Shown one piece after another: positions 1 through 7,729 of a stretch of 14,347 nt of DNA. Source of the DNA: Gemmatimonadaceae bacterium. Lineage in GTDB: Bacteria; Gemmatimonadota; Gemmatimonadetes; Gemmatimonadales; Gemmatimonadaceae. The notes under the pieces were generated by a model, which worked only from the letters and a program-made list of their open reading frames with translations, was not told the DNA's origin and did no database searches. Position 1 is the stretch's first letter; every line of letters begins with the position of its first letter. The position numbers and the translations under genes are program-made. The stretch lies in the NCBI GenBank assembly GCA_040902005.1, contig JBBDYA010000042.1, positions 1-14,347 of the forward strand, read 5' to 3'.

Positions 1-1
1 G

Positions 2-151
2 GGCAAGCGGCTCGGGTTCCTGCTCCAGGAGTTGCTTCGCGAAGCGAACACGACAGGGTCGAAAGCCAACGACTCGACGATGATTCAGGACGTCATCGCC
101 ATCAAGGAGGAGCTCGAGCGAATCCGCGAGCAGGTGGAAAACCTCGAATGA
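2..151 (+). CDS. yicC: YicC/YloC family endoribonuclease, C-terminal fragment (5' truncated by window edge)
   Basis: Manual translation from position 2 gives GKRLGFLLQELLREANTTGSKAND...IKEELERIREQVENLE*, the typical YicC C-terminus (GRKLDFLxQExxREANTxGSK...EQVQNIE). The stop overlaps the gmk ATG (ATGA 148-151). yicC-gmk-rpoZ is a known conserved order. Confidence 0.93.
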   Translation, partial: GKRLGFLLQELLREANTTGSKANDSTMIQDVIAIKEELERIREQVENLE

Positions 152-792
152 CGGCCTTTCCCATCATCCTGTCGGCGCCATCTGGCGGGGGAAAGACGAC
201 CATCGCAAAGGCGATCCTTGCCCGGCGGACAGATATCGGCTATTCGGTCTCCTGCACAACCCGGCCACCCCGGGGAGGCGAGATTCACGGCAAAGACTAT
301 TACTTTGTATCACGCACGGAGTTTCTCTCCAAGCGTGAGCGGGGCGAGTTTGCCGAGTCCGCTGAAGTGCACGGGAACCTGTACGGTACGCTTCGCACCG
401 AGGTGCTGCGGGTTCTCGAGGGCGGACAACACGTGCTGATGGACATCGACGTCCAGGGCGCCGTGCAGTTCACCCGGGTATTTCCGCAGTCAGTCACGAT
501 CTTCATTCTGCCGCCGTCGGCAGAGGTGCTCCTGGAGCGCCTCAAGCTTCGGCAGACGGAGTCCGCGCAGCAGCTGGCGGACCGGCTCCAATCGGCGTTG
601 CAGGAACTGCAGTCAGTGGACGAATACGAGTACGTCGTGGTGAACGACAACCTCGACAAGGCAATCCAGCGGGTGACGGCGATCGTGGAAGCCGAGGTGT
701 CGAGCAGGGAGCGAGTGGCAGGGCTTCGGACGCAGGTCGCGATCCTGATCGAACGTCTGGAGCGCGAGATCGAATCACGCAACAACCACTAG
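148..792 (+). CDS. gmk: Guanylate kinase
   Basis: P-loop SAPSGGGKTT, GMK signature SVSCTTRPPRGGEIHGKDYYF, plus VHGNLYGT, DIDVQGA, IFILPPS and VVVND. Confidence 0.97.
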   Translation: MTAFPIILSAPSGGGKTTIAKAILARRTDIGYSVSCTTRPPRGGEIHGKDYYFVSRTEFLSKRERGEFAESAEVHGNLYGTLRTEVLRVLEGGQHVLMDIDVQGAVQFTRVFPQSVTIFILPPSAEVLLERLKLRQTESAQQLADRLQSALQELQSVDEYEYVVVNDNLDKAIQRVTAIVEAEVSSRERVAGLRTQVAILIERLEREIESRNNH

Positions 793-802
793 GATCGAAT
801 CG

Positions 803-1012
803 ATGAGAGTGTTTACCCCGGTTGAAATCGCGCGTCACGCGGCGAACAAGTACCTCGGCGTACTGGTCGCGGCCAAGTATTCGCGCGTGCTGAACGAGTT
901 TCCGCGCGATCGCTCTGCGATGGGCGAAAAGAAGTTGACGACCCGCGCGCTCGAAGAGCTGGCGAAGGGCGCGATCAACTATCGCGTCGTCCCGCGCCGC
1001 CGCGGCGAGTAA
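803..1012 (+). CDS. rpoZ: DNA-directed RNA polymerase omega subunit
   Basis: 69 aa with NKYLGVLVAAKYSRVL and K..T.ALEEL..G omega-like motifs. It occupies the canonical position between gmk and coaBC. Confidence 0.88.
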   Translation: MRVFTPVEIARHAANKYLGVLVAAKYSRVLNEFPRDRSAMGEKKLTTRALEELAKGAINYRVVPRRRGE

Positions 1013-1020
1013 TCCCCACT

Positions 1021-2232
1021 GTGCGCCCGTACGACGGCCGCACAGTACTCCTCGGCGTTACCGGAGGAATTGCCAGCTACAAGTCGGCATGGCTCGCGCG
1101 CCTGCTGACCCGCGCGGGGGCACAGGTGGACACCGTGCTCACCCGGTCCGCCACCGAATTCGTCAGCACCCTGACATTCGAGGCGCTCACGGGACGCCCC
1201 GCGCAAACGGGGCTGTTCGACTCCGGTCGGGCGCTCGAGCACATCCGGCTTGCCAAGACCGCGGATGCCATCGTCGTGGCGCCGGCGACCGCCGATTTTC
1301 TCGCCCGCGCGGCCACCGGTCAGGCAGACGACCTGCTGACTGCGGTGCTGCTGGCCAGCAAGGCACCCGTGCTGCTGGTGCCGGCCATGAACGACCAGAT
1401 GTGGGCGCATGCGCAGACGCAGCACAACGTGCGACACCTTCGCACGCTGGGCTACCGACTCCTCGATCCCGCGGATGGCCTGCTTGCCGCGGGCGAGGGC
1501 GAGGGACCCGGCCGGATGCCGGAGCCGGAAACGATCTTCGCGCACGTCGGCCGGATGCTGGATGCCGGCGCGGCAAGCCCGTTGTCGGGGCGCAGCGTGC
1601 TGGTGACGGCGGGGCCCACGCGCGAGGCGATCGACCCCGTGCGGTTCATCTCCAATCACAGCACCGGAAAGATGGGGGTGGCGCTCGCATCCGTCGCGTG
1701 GCTGCGCGGCGCAAACGTGTCACTCGTCGCGGGGCCGCTCGCCGTGGCGCCGCCGGTGGGACCGGCGCTCCGTCACGTCGAGACGACGGAGGAGATGGCA
1801 CGCGCGGTGGAGGAACTGGTGCCGAGCGCGGACGTGCTCATCATGGCTGCCGCGCCCGCCGACTTCCGGCCATCGTTCGTCGCGGGCGAGAAGATCAAGA
1901 AGGGCGGCAAGCCGCCGGTCGTCGCCCTCGAGCACACAACCGATATTCTGCGCGCGACCACGGCCAGTCGTCGGCCCAACGCGATCATCGTCGGTTTCGC
2001 TCTCGAGACGAGTGATTCGGTCACACATGGCAGGAAAAAACTGCGCGACAAGGAGCTGGACCTGATCATCGTCAATGACGCGACTGAAGCAGGTGCCGGC
2101 TTCGGCGGAGATACCAATCGCGTGACCTTGATCGATCGGACCGGCGCGGAAGAGGTGCTTCCGCTGCTGTCCAAGACCGAGGTCGCGCACGCCATACTCG
2201 ACCGGGTGGAGAGACTCGCGCATGGACGGTAG
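1021..2232 (+). CDS. coaBC: Bifunctional phosphopantothenoylcysteine decarboxylase / phosphopantothenate-cysteine ligase
   Basis: GTG start. Motifs LLGVTGGIASYK, APATAD, PAMNDQM, GPGRMPEP, VTAGPTREAIDPVRFISNHSTGKMG, AAAPADF, VGFALET and DTNRV. Confidence 0.97.
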   Translation: MRPYDGRTVLLGVTGGIASYKSAWLARLLTRAGAQVDTVLTRSATEFVSTLTFEALTGRPAQTGLFDSGRALEHIRLAKTADAIVVAPATADFLARAATGQADDLLTAVLLASKAPVLLVPAMNDQMWAHAQTQHNVRHLRTLGYRLLDPADGLLAAGEGEGPGRMPEPETIFAHVGRMLDAGAASPLSGRSVLVTAGPTREAIDPVRFISNHSTGKMGVALASVAWLRGANVSLVAGPLAVAPPVGPALRHVETTEEMARAVEELVPSADVLIMAAAPADFRPSFVAGEKIKKGGKPPVVALEHTTDILRATTASRRPNAIIVGFALETSDSVTHGRKKLRDKELDLIIVNDATEAGAGFGGDTNRVTLIDRTGAEEVLPLLSKTEVAHAILDRVERLAHGR

Positions 2233-3181
2233 GGAGCAGCTGAAGCGGTTCCTGGAGCAGCGGCGCGAGGCCGGCGAGCGCGAGTTGGTGCTCGATGCGC
2301 TGAGCGTGGACGAAGTGATGCGGCTGGTTGGCGCCGGACACCCCGGCGGGACGACGCCGAGCCTGCCGTTGTCCGCAAAGACAATGGCACCGGGAGTGGG
2401 GCAGCCCCCCCACCCACCGGGCACGTCCGGCGCCGGGGATGCCTCCGCTGACTGGCGCAAGGTGTTGCGCAGCTCGGGCGCGTCGCCGGACAGGGACACG
2501 GAGCGCCCGGAGGAACCCCAGACGGAGTCGTCGAAGCCGGCGCCGACCGACGCGGCCCCGCCTGGCCTGGTGGTGGGGAGTGCCGATCGCGAGCTCTTCG
2601 GGCCGATGGCGGCCCTCGACTCCATCGACGCGGTGGCGCGATCCGTGGCGTCGTGCACGCGCTGTCCGCTCTACGCGACGGCGACGAATCCCGTGCCCGG
2701 CAGCGGCAATCCGTCCGCCGGGCTGATGGTGGTGGGCGAGGCGCCGGGCGCGACGGAAGACGAGCAGGGGAAACCGTTCGTGGGCGCGGCGGGCAAGCTC
2801 CTCACAAAGATTCTCGCGTCGGTGAATCTGGATCGGGACAACGACGTTTTCATCTGCAACGTCCTGAAACACCGGCCGCCGGGCAATCGCAATCCGCTTC
2901 CGGACGAGATCAGCGCATGTCAACCGTATCTCGTGCGGCAGATTGACCTGATCCGGCCGAAAGCAATCCTTGCTCTTGGAACGTTCGCAGCCCAGACTCT
3001 TCTACAGACGAAGCTGGCGATCGGAAAACTCCGGAGCCAGGTGCATCAGTACCACGGTGTGCCGCTGATCGTCACGTACCATCCTGCCGCGCTGCTCCGG
3101 AATCCATCCTGGAAGCGCCCCACATGGGAAGATGTCCAGCTCGTCCGTCGAATACTCGATAGCTCCATCGCTCAGCCGTGA
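2222..3181 (+). CDS. Uracil-DNA glycosylase, family 4 (Fe-S type), with long N-terminal extension
   Basis: CTRC (CxxC), motif A VGEAPG..ED..G.PFVG.AG.LL, NVLKHRPPGNRNP...C and motif B TYHPAALLR. About 125 N-terminal residues lie outside the UDG core. Overlaps coaBC by 11 nt. Confidence 0.93.
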   Translation: MDGREQLKRFLEQRREAGERELVLDALSVDEVMRLVGAGHPGGTTPSLPLSAKTMAPGVGQPPHPPGTSGAGDASADWRKVLRSSGASPDRDTERPEEPQTESSKPAPTDAAPPGLVVGSADRELFGPMAALDSIDAVARSVASCTRCPLYATATNPVPGSGNPSAGLMVVGEAPGATEDEQGKPFVGAAGKLLTKILASVNLDRDNDVFICNVLKHRPPGNRNPLPDEISACQPYLVRQIDLIRPKAILALGTFAAQTLLQTKLAIGKLRSQVHQYHGVPLIVTYHPAALLRNPSWKRPTWEDVQLVRRILDSSIAQP

Positions 3182-4538
3182 TCCCTTTCGGGATCGGCAG
3201 CCGCCCTATTCCGAGGACGCAGAACAAGCGGTCCTGTCCGCCATGCTCATGGACCAGGACGCGATCGTGCGCGCCGCGGAGCTGGTGGACGACTCGATGT
3301 TCTACGCGGAGCGCCATCGCCGGATCTTTCGCGCGATGGTGGCCATCAGCGAACGCGGCAGCGTCGTAGATCCCCTCACGCTCTCCGAGGAGTTGTCGCG
3401 CCGCGGTGAGCTGGAGGCGGCGGGCGGCAAGGATTTCGTCGGCTACCTGGTGGACGCGGTGCCGACGGCCGCGAACGTCGAATACCACGCCGAGATCGTC
3501 CGTGAGAAGGCCGTGCTTCGGTCGCTCATCCAGGTGTCCACGCAGATCGTGCACGACGCGTTCGCGGGGCAGAACACCGCTGGCGAACTGCTGGACCAGG
3601 CCGAGTCGAAGATCTTTCAGGTCTCGCAGCAGCGGAAGGCAGATGGATTTGCGCGCCTCAAGGAGCTGCTGTGGCCCACGATGGAGCGCATCGAGTCGCT
3701 CCAGCGCGGCGGCCAGACCATCACCGGCGTGGCGAGCGGGTTCACCGATCTCGACGAGCTGACCTCGGGCTTTCAGCCGGCCGATCTCATCATCATTGCC
3801 GCGCGCCCCTCCATGGGGAAGACCGCCTTCTGCCTCAACATCGCCCAGCATGCCGCGATCAGCGACGACAAGAAGGTGGCGTTCTTCTCGCTCGAAATGA
3901 GCAAGGAGTCGCTGGTCCAGCGCATGCTCACCAGCGAAGCACGCGTGGATTCACAGCGCTTGCGTCGCGGCCTGCTGCGCGACGACGAATTTCCCATGCT
4001 CGCCCGGGCGGCCGGCATCCTGAGTTCCGCGCCGATCTGGATCGACGATACCCCGAGCATGACGCTGCTCGAAATGCGGTCCAAGGCACGACGCCTCAAG
4101 GCGGACGCGGGCATCGACCTCGTGATCGTGGACTACCTGCAGTTGATGCAGGGACCGAGCAACGCGGAGAACCGGCAGCAGGAGGTCAGCCAGATCTCGC
4201 GCGGACTCAAGGCGCTCGCCAAGGAGTTGCGCATTCCGGTCGTCGCGCTCTCCCAGCTGTCGCGCGCGCCCGAACAGCGCACGGGGGACCACAGGCCACA
4301 ATTGTCCGACTTGCGTGAATCCGGTGCGATCGAACAGGACGCGGACCTCATCATGTTCCTGTTCCGCCAGGAGATGTACGATCGCGACGGGGTGGACAAG
4401 GACGGCAACAACATCGAAGGCAAGACGGAGCTGATCGTCGGCAAGCAGCGCAACGGCCCCACCGGCACCGTCCAGCTCCACTTTCACAAACAGTACACCC
4501 GCTTCGCCAACTGGAGTCCGCGCCCGACGGCACCGTGA
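3132..4538 (+). CDS. dnaB: Replicative DNA helicase
   Basis: N-terminal PP.S.DAEQAVL, Walker A AARPSMGKT, FFSLEMS, VIVDYLQLM, ALSQLSR, SDLRESGAIEQDAD and KQRNGPTG. No intein visible. The only in-frame start ahead of the conserved PPYS motif is ATG 3132. Confidence 0.97.
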   Translation: MSSSSVEYSIAPSLSRDPFRDRQPPYSEDAEQAVLSAMLMDQDAIVRAAELVDDSMFYAERHRRIFRAMVAISERGSVVDPLTLSEELSRRGELEAAGGKDFVGYLVDAVPTAANVEYHAEIVREKAVLRSLIQVSTQIVHDAFAGQNTAGELLDQAESKIFQVSQQRKADGFARLKELLWPTMERIESLQRGGQTITGVASGFTDLDELTSGFQPADLIIIAARPSMGKTAFCLNIAQHAAISDDKKVAFFSLEMSKESLVQRMLTSEARVDSQRLRRGLLRDDEFPMLARAAGILSSAPIWIDDTPSMTLLEMRSKARRLKADAGIDLVIVDYLQLMQGPSNAENRQQEVSQISRGLKALAKELRIPVVALSQLSRAPEQRTGDHRPQLSDLRESGAIEQDADLIMFLFRQEMYDRDGVDKDGNNIEGKTELIVGKQRNGPTGTVQLHFHKQYTRFANWSPRPTAP

Positions 4539-5905
4539 GTCCCAAGGCCAAAACCGTGTACCGGTGCACCGAGTGTGGCGCCGACCATGCCAAGTGGGCC
4601 GGCCGGTGCGACACGTGCGGCGAGTGGAACACCCTCGTCGAGGAAGTGGCCGCGGCACGCAAGACCGCTGACCGAAAGCGGAAGACCGACGGAACGGGCG
4701 GCGCGGTGTCGCCCACCCCGCGACTGCGGGACGTGGTTGGCTCCGAGGCACCGCGGTGGCGCACCGGACTGGACGAGTTCGATTTCGCGCTGGGTGGCGG
4801 CATCGTGCCGGGAAGCATGGTCCTGGTCGGAGGCGAGCCGGGAATCGGGAAGTCCACGCTGCTGCTGCAGGTCGCCGCCCGCCTCCAGCAGGGCGGGCGC
4901 CGCGCGCTCTACGCCTCCGGCGAGGAATCGCCACTCCAGGTACGCCTGCGGGCCGACCGGCTCGACGAATCCGCCGGCGACGTGGAGCTGCTCAGCGAGA
5001 CCAATCTCGAGACGGTGATCGCCACCGCCGCGGCGCGCAAGCCGGATGTGCTGGTGGTGGATTCGATCCAGACGCTCTACACCACCGACCTCGAGGGCGC
5101 GCCCGGCAACGTGGGCCAGGTGCGCGAATGCGCCGCGCGCCTCATGCGCTTCGCCAAGGAAAGCGGCACCACGGTCTTCGCCGTGGGCCACGTGACCAAA
5201 GGCGGCGGGATCGCCGGTCCCAAGACCTTGGAGCACATCGTCGATACGGTCCTTTATTTCGAGGGCGAGAGCAGCCTGGATCACCGGGTGCTGCGCGCCA
5301 CGAAAAACCGGTTCGGGTCCGTGGACGAGATTGGCGTGTTTCGCATGACCGAGCGCGGCCTCGAGGCCGTCGCCAATCCGTCCGAACTGTTCCTCGGCGA
5401 TCGCCGGGCCGGGGCGTCCGGCAGCGCCGTGGCCGCGCTGCTCGAAGGCACCCGTCCGGTGCTCATCGAAGTGCAGGCGCTGGCGGCCAAGGCCGGGTTC
5501 GGAACACCGCAGCGCGTGACCACCGGTTTTGACGGACGACGCCTGGCCCTGCTGCTCGCGGTGCTGGACAAGCGGGCGGGACTCAACTTCGGGCAGCTCG
5601 ATGTCTTTCTCAATGTGGTGGGTGGCGTGCGGATGCAGGAGCCGGCGGGGGACCTCGCCGTCGCCGCCGCCCTGGCCTCCAGCGTCTACGATCGCGCCAC
5701 GCCGAGTGACGCGGTGTTCATCGGCGAGTTGGGCCTCGGCGGCGAGATTCGGCCGGTCTCACAAGTGGAGCGCCGCATCGCCGAAGCGAAGAACATGGGC
5801 ATGTCGCGCGTGTTCATCTCGGATCGCGCGGTGCCACGGCGGGCTGCGGACGGAATTACACCGGTGCGAACCGTGGGTGAACTGTTCAGGAGTCTGTTCC
5901 CCTGA
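4535..5905 (+). CDS. radA: DNA repair protein RadA/Sms
   Basis: GTG start overlapping the dnaB stop (GTGA). Zinc finger CTECG...GRCDTCGEWN, Walker A GEPGIGKST, VDSIQT, KNRFG motif and a Lon-like C-terminal domain (GELGLGGEIR). Confidence 0.97.
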   Translation: MSPKAKTVYRCTECGADHAKWAGRCDTCGEWNTLVEEVAAARKTADRKRKTDGTGGAVSPTPRLRDVVGSEAPRWRTGLDEFDFALGGGIVPGSMVLVGGEPGIGKSTLLLQVAARLQQGGRRALYASGEESPLQVRLRADRLDESAGDVELLSETNLETVIATAAARKPDVLVVDSIQTLYTTDLEGAPGNVGQVRECAARLMRFAKESGTTVFAVGHVTKGGGIAGPKTLEHIVDTVLYFEGESSLDHRVLRATKNRFGSVDEIGVFRMTERGLEAVANPSELFLGDRRAGASGSAVAALLEGTRPVLIEVQALAAKAGFGTPQRVTTGFDGRRLALLLAVLDKRAGLNFGQLDVFLNVVGGVRMQEPAGDLAVAAALASSVYDRATPSDAVFIGELGLGGEIRPVSQVERRIAEAKNMGMSRVFISDRAVPRRAADGITPVRTVGELFRSLFP

Positions 5906-6588
5906 GTCGCGACATCGGGGTTGTCATCGTCGCCGCCGGCTCGAGCACGCGCACCGCGGGTGAGGAGCTCAAGCAGTTTCGCTGGATCGCCGGGAAGCCG
6001 ATGCTGCTGCACAGCGTGCAGACGTTCATGGAACATCCGGCCGTGCTGTCCGTGGTATGCGTGCTGCCGCGAGAGTACGTCGCGGACCCGCCGCCCTGGA
6101 TCTTCCAGTGCGACGTGGACCGCCTCCTCTTGTCCGTGGGCGGCCGCACGCGCACGGAATCGGTGCGCAACGGACTGGAGGACCTCCCGGACGAAGCGTC
6201 CATCGCGCTCATTCATGACGCGGCCCGACCCCTGGTGGACGCCGACATGATCGCGCGCGTGGTCGCCATCACCCGCATGGGCGAGTGTGCGGTGCCGGCG
6301 TTGCCCGTGGTGGACACCCTCAAGGAGAGCGACGCAAACGGTTTCGTCGCCCGCACCCTGGATCGGTCGCGGATCTGGCGCGCGCAGACCCCACAGGGGT
6401 TCCCGCGGGCCATCATCGAGCGGGCACACCGCGAGGCACGAATCGACGGCGCCAACGCGACCGACGACGCGGCACTCTGTGAGCGCATCGGCATTCCGGT
6501 GCGCATCGTGCCCGGCAGCGAGCGCGCCATGAAAGTGACGGAGGAAAGCGATTTCCAGCGAATCGACGCGCTCGCCGCCGCGCGATGA
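5902..6588 (+). CDS. ispD: 2-C-methyl-D-erythritol 4-phosphate cytidylyltransferase (start extended upstream of the ORF-track ATG 6001; probable CTG start)
   Basis: In-frame upstream sequence encodes VVIVAAGSSTRTAGEELKQFRWIAGKP, followed by GG.TR.ESV.NGL, LIHDAARP, DTLK, AQTPQGF and TDDA. An in-frame TGA lies at 5878-5880, and there is no in-frame ATG/GTG/TTG before 6001. Product identity is firm; the start is inferred. Confidence 0.9.
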   Translation: MSRDIGVVIVAAGSSTRTAGEELKQFRWIAGKPMLLHSVQTFMEHPAVLSVVCVLPREYVADPPPWIFQCDVDRLLLSVGGRTRTESVRNGLEDLPDEASIALIHDAARPLVDADMIARVVAITRMGECAVPALPVVDTLKESDANGFVARTLDRSRIWRAQTPQGFPRAIIERAHREARIDGANATDDAALCERIGIPVRIVPGSERAMKVTEESDFQRIDALAAAR

Positions 6589-7256
6589 GGCGCGACGTGC
6601 TCTCGTATCCGTTCTGGTCGGCGGAGGAGATCGAGTCCGCGATCCCGGCGGCCCTCGAGCAGCTGGAACACCGGGGTGTGCTGGCCTATCCGACCGAAAC
6701 GGTCTATGGCTTTGGCGGCGCGATCGATCGCGAGTCCGTCGCCAGTCTCATCCGGCTCAAGAGTCGTCCCAGCGGCAAGCCGTTCCTGCTCCTCATCGAT
6801 GGCAGCGAGATGGTGGCGCGGCTCGACCTCCATCTTCCGGCGTATGCGTCCATGATGGCCGCGCGGCACTGGCCGGGCCCCCTGACGCTGGTGCTGCCGG
6901 GCGGTCATGGCCGCGTCCCCGACCAGTTGCGCGGTCCGGAGGGCGGCATCGCGGTGCGCTGGACGAGCCATGCGGGCATGCAGCGGCTCCTGCGCGCGCA
7001 TGGTGAGCCGCTCACGTCGACGAGCGCGAATCGGCCGGGGGTACCTCCGGCGATGACGTCGGAAGAAATCCTCGCCCAATGGCCCGATGCCATCGCGCGC
7101 GGTGACTTGCGCGTGCTCGACGCCGGGCGTCTGACGCCTTCCCGTTCGTCGACCGTCGTAGATTGCATGGGTCGCTCACCGCGCGTCATCCGGCCGGGTG
7201 CCATCCCGGCCCTGACACTGCGGCAGAGCGTTCCCAGTCTCATCGGAGACGCGTGA
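6585..7256 (+). CDS. tsaC: L-threonylcarbamoyladenylate synthase (single-domain TsaC/YrdC type, no SUA5 C-terminal domain)
   Basis: AYPTETVYG, KSRP..KP, WPGPLTLV, IAVR, LTSTSAN and SSTVVD. ATGA overlap with ispD. Confidence 0.93.
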   Translation: MRRDVLSYPFWSAEEIESAIPAALEQLEHRGVLAYPTETVYGFGGAIDRESVASLIRLKSRPSGKPFLLLIDGSEMVARLDLHLPAYASMMAARHWPGPLTLVLPGGHGRVPDQLRGPEGGIAVRWTSHAGMQRLLRAHGEPLTSTSANRPGVPPAMTSEEILAQWPDAIARGDLRVLDAGRLTPSRSSTVVDCMGRSPRVIRPGAIPALTLRQSVPSLIGDA

Positions 7257-7729
7257 GCCGCATGCGCATCCTGTTTGTCTGCACCGGCAACACCTGTCGC
7301 AGCGCGCTCGCTGACGCCATCGCGCGCAAGGTGGTCGTGGAGCGCGCGTTGGCGGAGATCGACGTCACCAGCGCTGGCACGAGCGCCTGGGACGGCGCTC
7401 CGGCGTCCGACGGCGCGCTGCTCGTTGGCATCGAGCGCGGACTGGACCTGAGCCTGCACCGCGCGCAGACGCTGACGCGGGCGCTGGTGCAGGAGGCCGA
7501 CCTGGTGCTCGCCATGGGCCCGCATCATCTCGAACGCATCGAAGCGCTCGGCGGGGCGGGGAAATCCTTTCTGCTCACCGACTTCGCGTCACGCGGTGCG
7601 TCATCGCGCCCGGTCAACGATCCGATTGGCGCCGAGCTCGAGGTGTACCGCGCGACGGCCGACGAACTCGACCTGGAAATCCGGCGGGCGTTCGATCGTA
7701 TCGCCGAGCAACCCTCCGAAGCGCCATGA
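7253..7729 (+). CDS. Low-molecular-weight protein phosphatase, YwlE-like (putative protein-arginine phosphatase)
   Basis: ILFVCTGNTCRS P-loop, SAGT, ADLVLAM and DPIG acid loop. The start is GTG 7253 (GTGA overlap with tsaC) or ATG 7262, not the ORF-track 7163. Confidence 0.88.
   Translation: MSRMRILFVCTGNTCRSALADAIARKVVVERALAEIDVTSAGTSAWDGAPASDGALLVGIERGLDLSLHRAQTLTRALVQEADLVLAMGPHHLERIEALGGAGKSFLLTDFASRGASSRPVNDPIGAELEVYRATADELDLEIRRAFDRIAEQPSEAP

Noticed and set aside
1089..2015. Alternate-frame plus-strand ORFs (also 3671-4318 and 4756-5532)
   Set aside because: Arg/Gly-rich off-frame translations inside coaBC, dnaB and radA with no family signature.
2222..3181. Calling the UDG a UdgX or a phage SPO1 polymerase-related mobile gene
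   Set aside because: It lacks the KRRIH loop and GEQPG motif of UdgX, and it is embedded in a housekeeping operon with no phage context.
3132..4538. Intein in DnaB
   Set aside because: The length is normal (468 aa) and the helicase motifs are contiguous.
5881..6000. radA-ispD fusion or programmed frameshift as the explanation for the missing ispD start
   Set aside because: radA ends normally at full length and there is no convincing slippery heptamer. The SD plus CTGA geometry explains the junction more simply, although a frameshift is not formally excluded.
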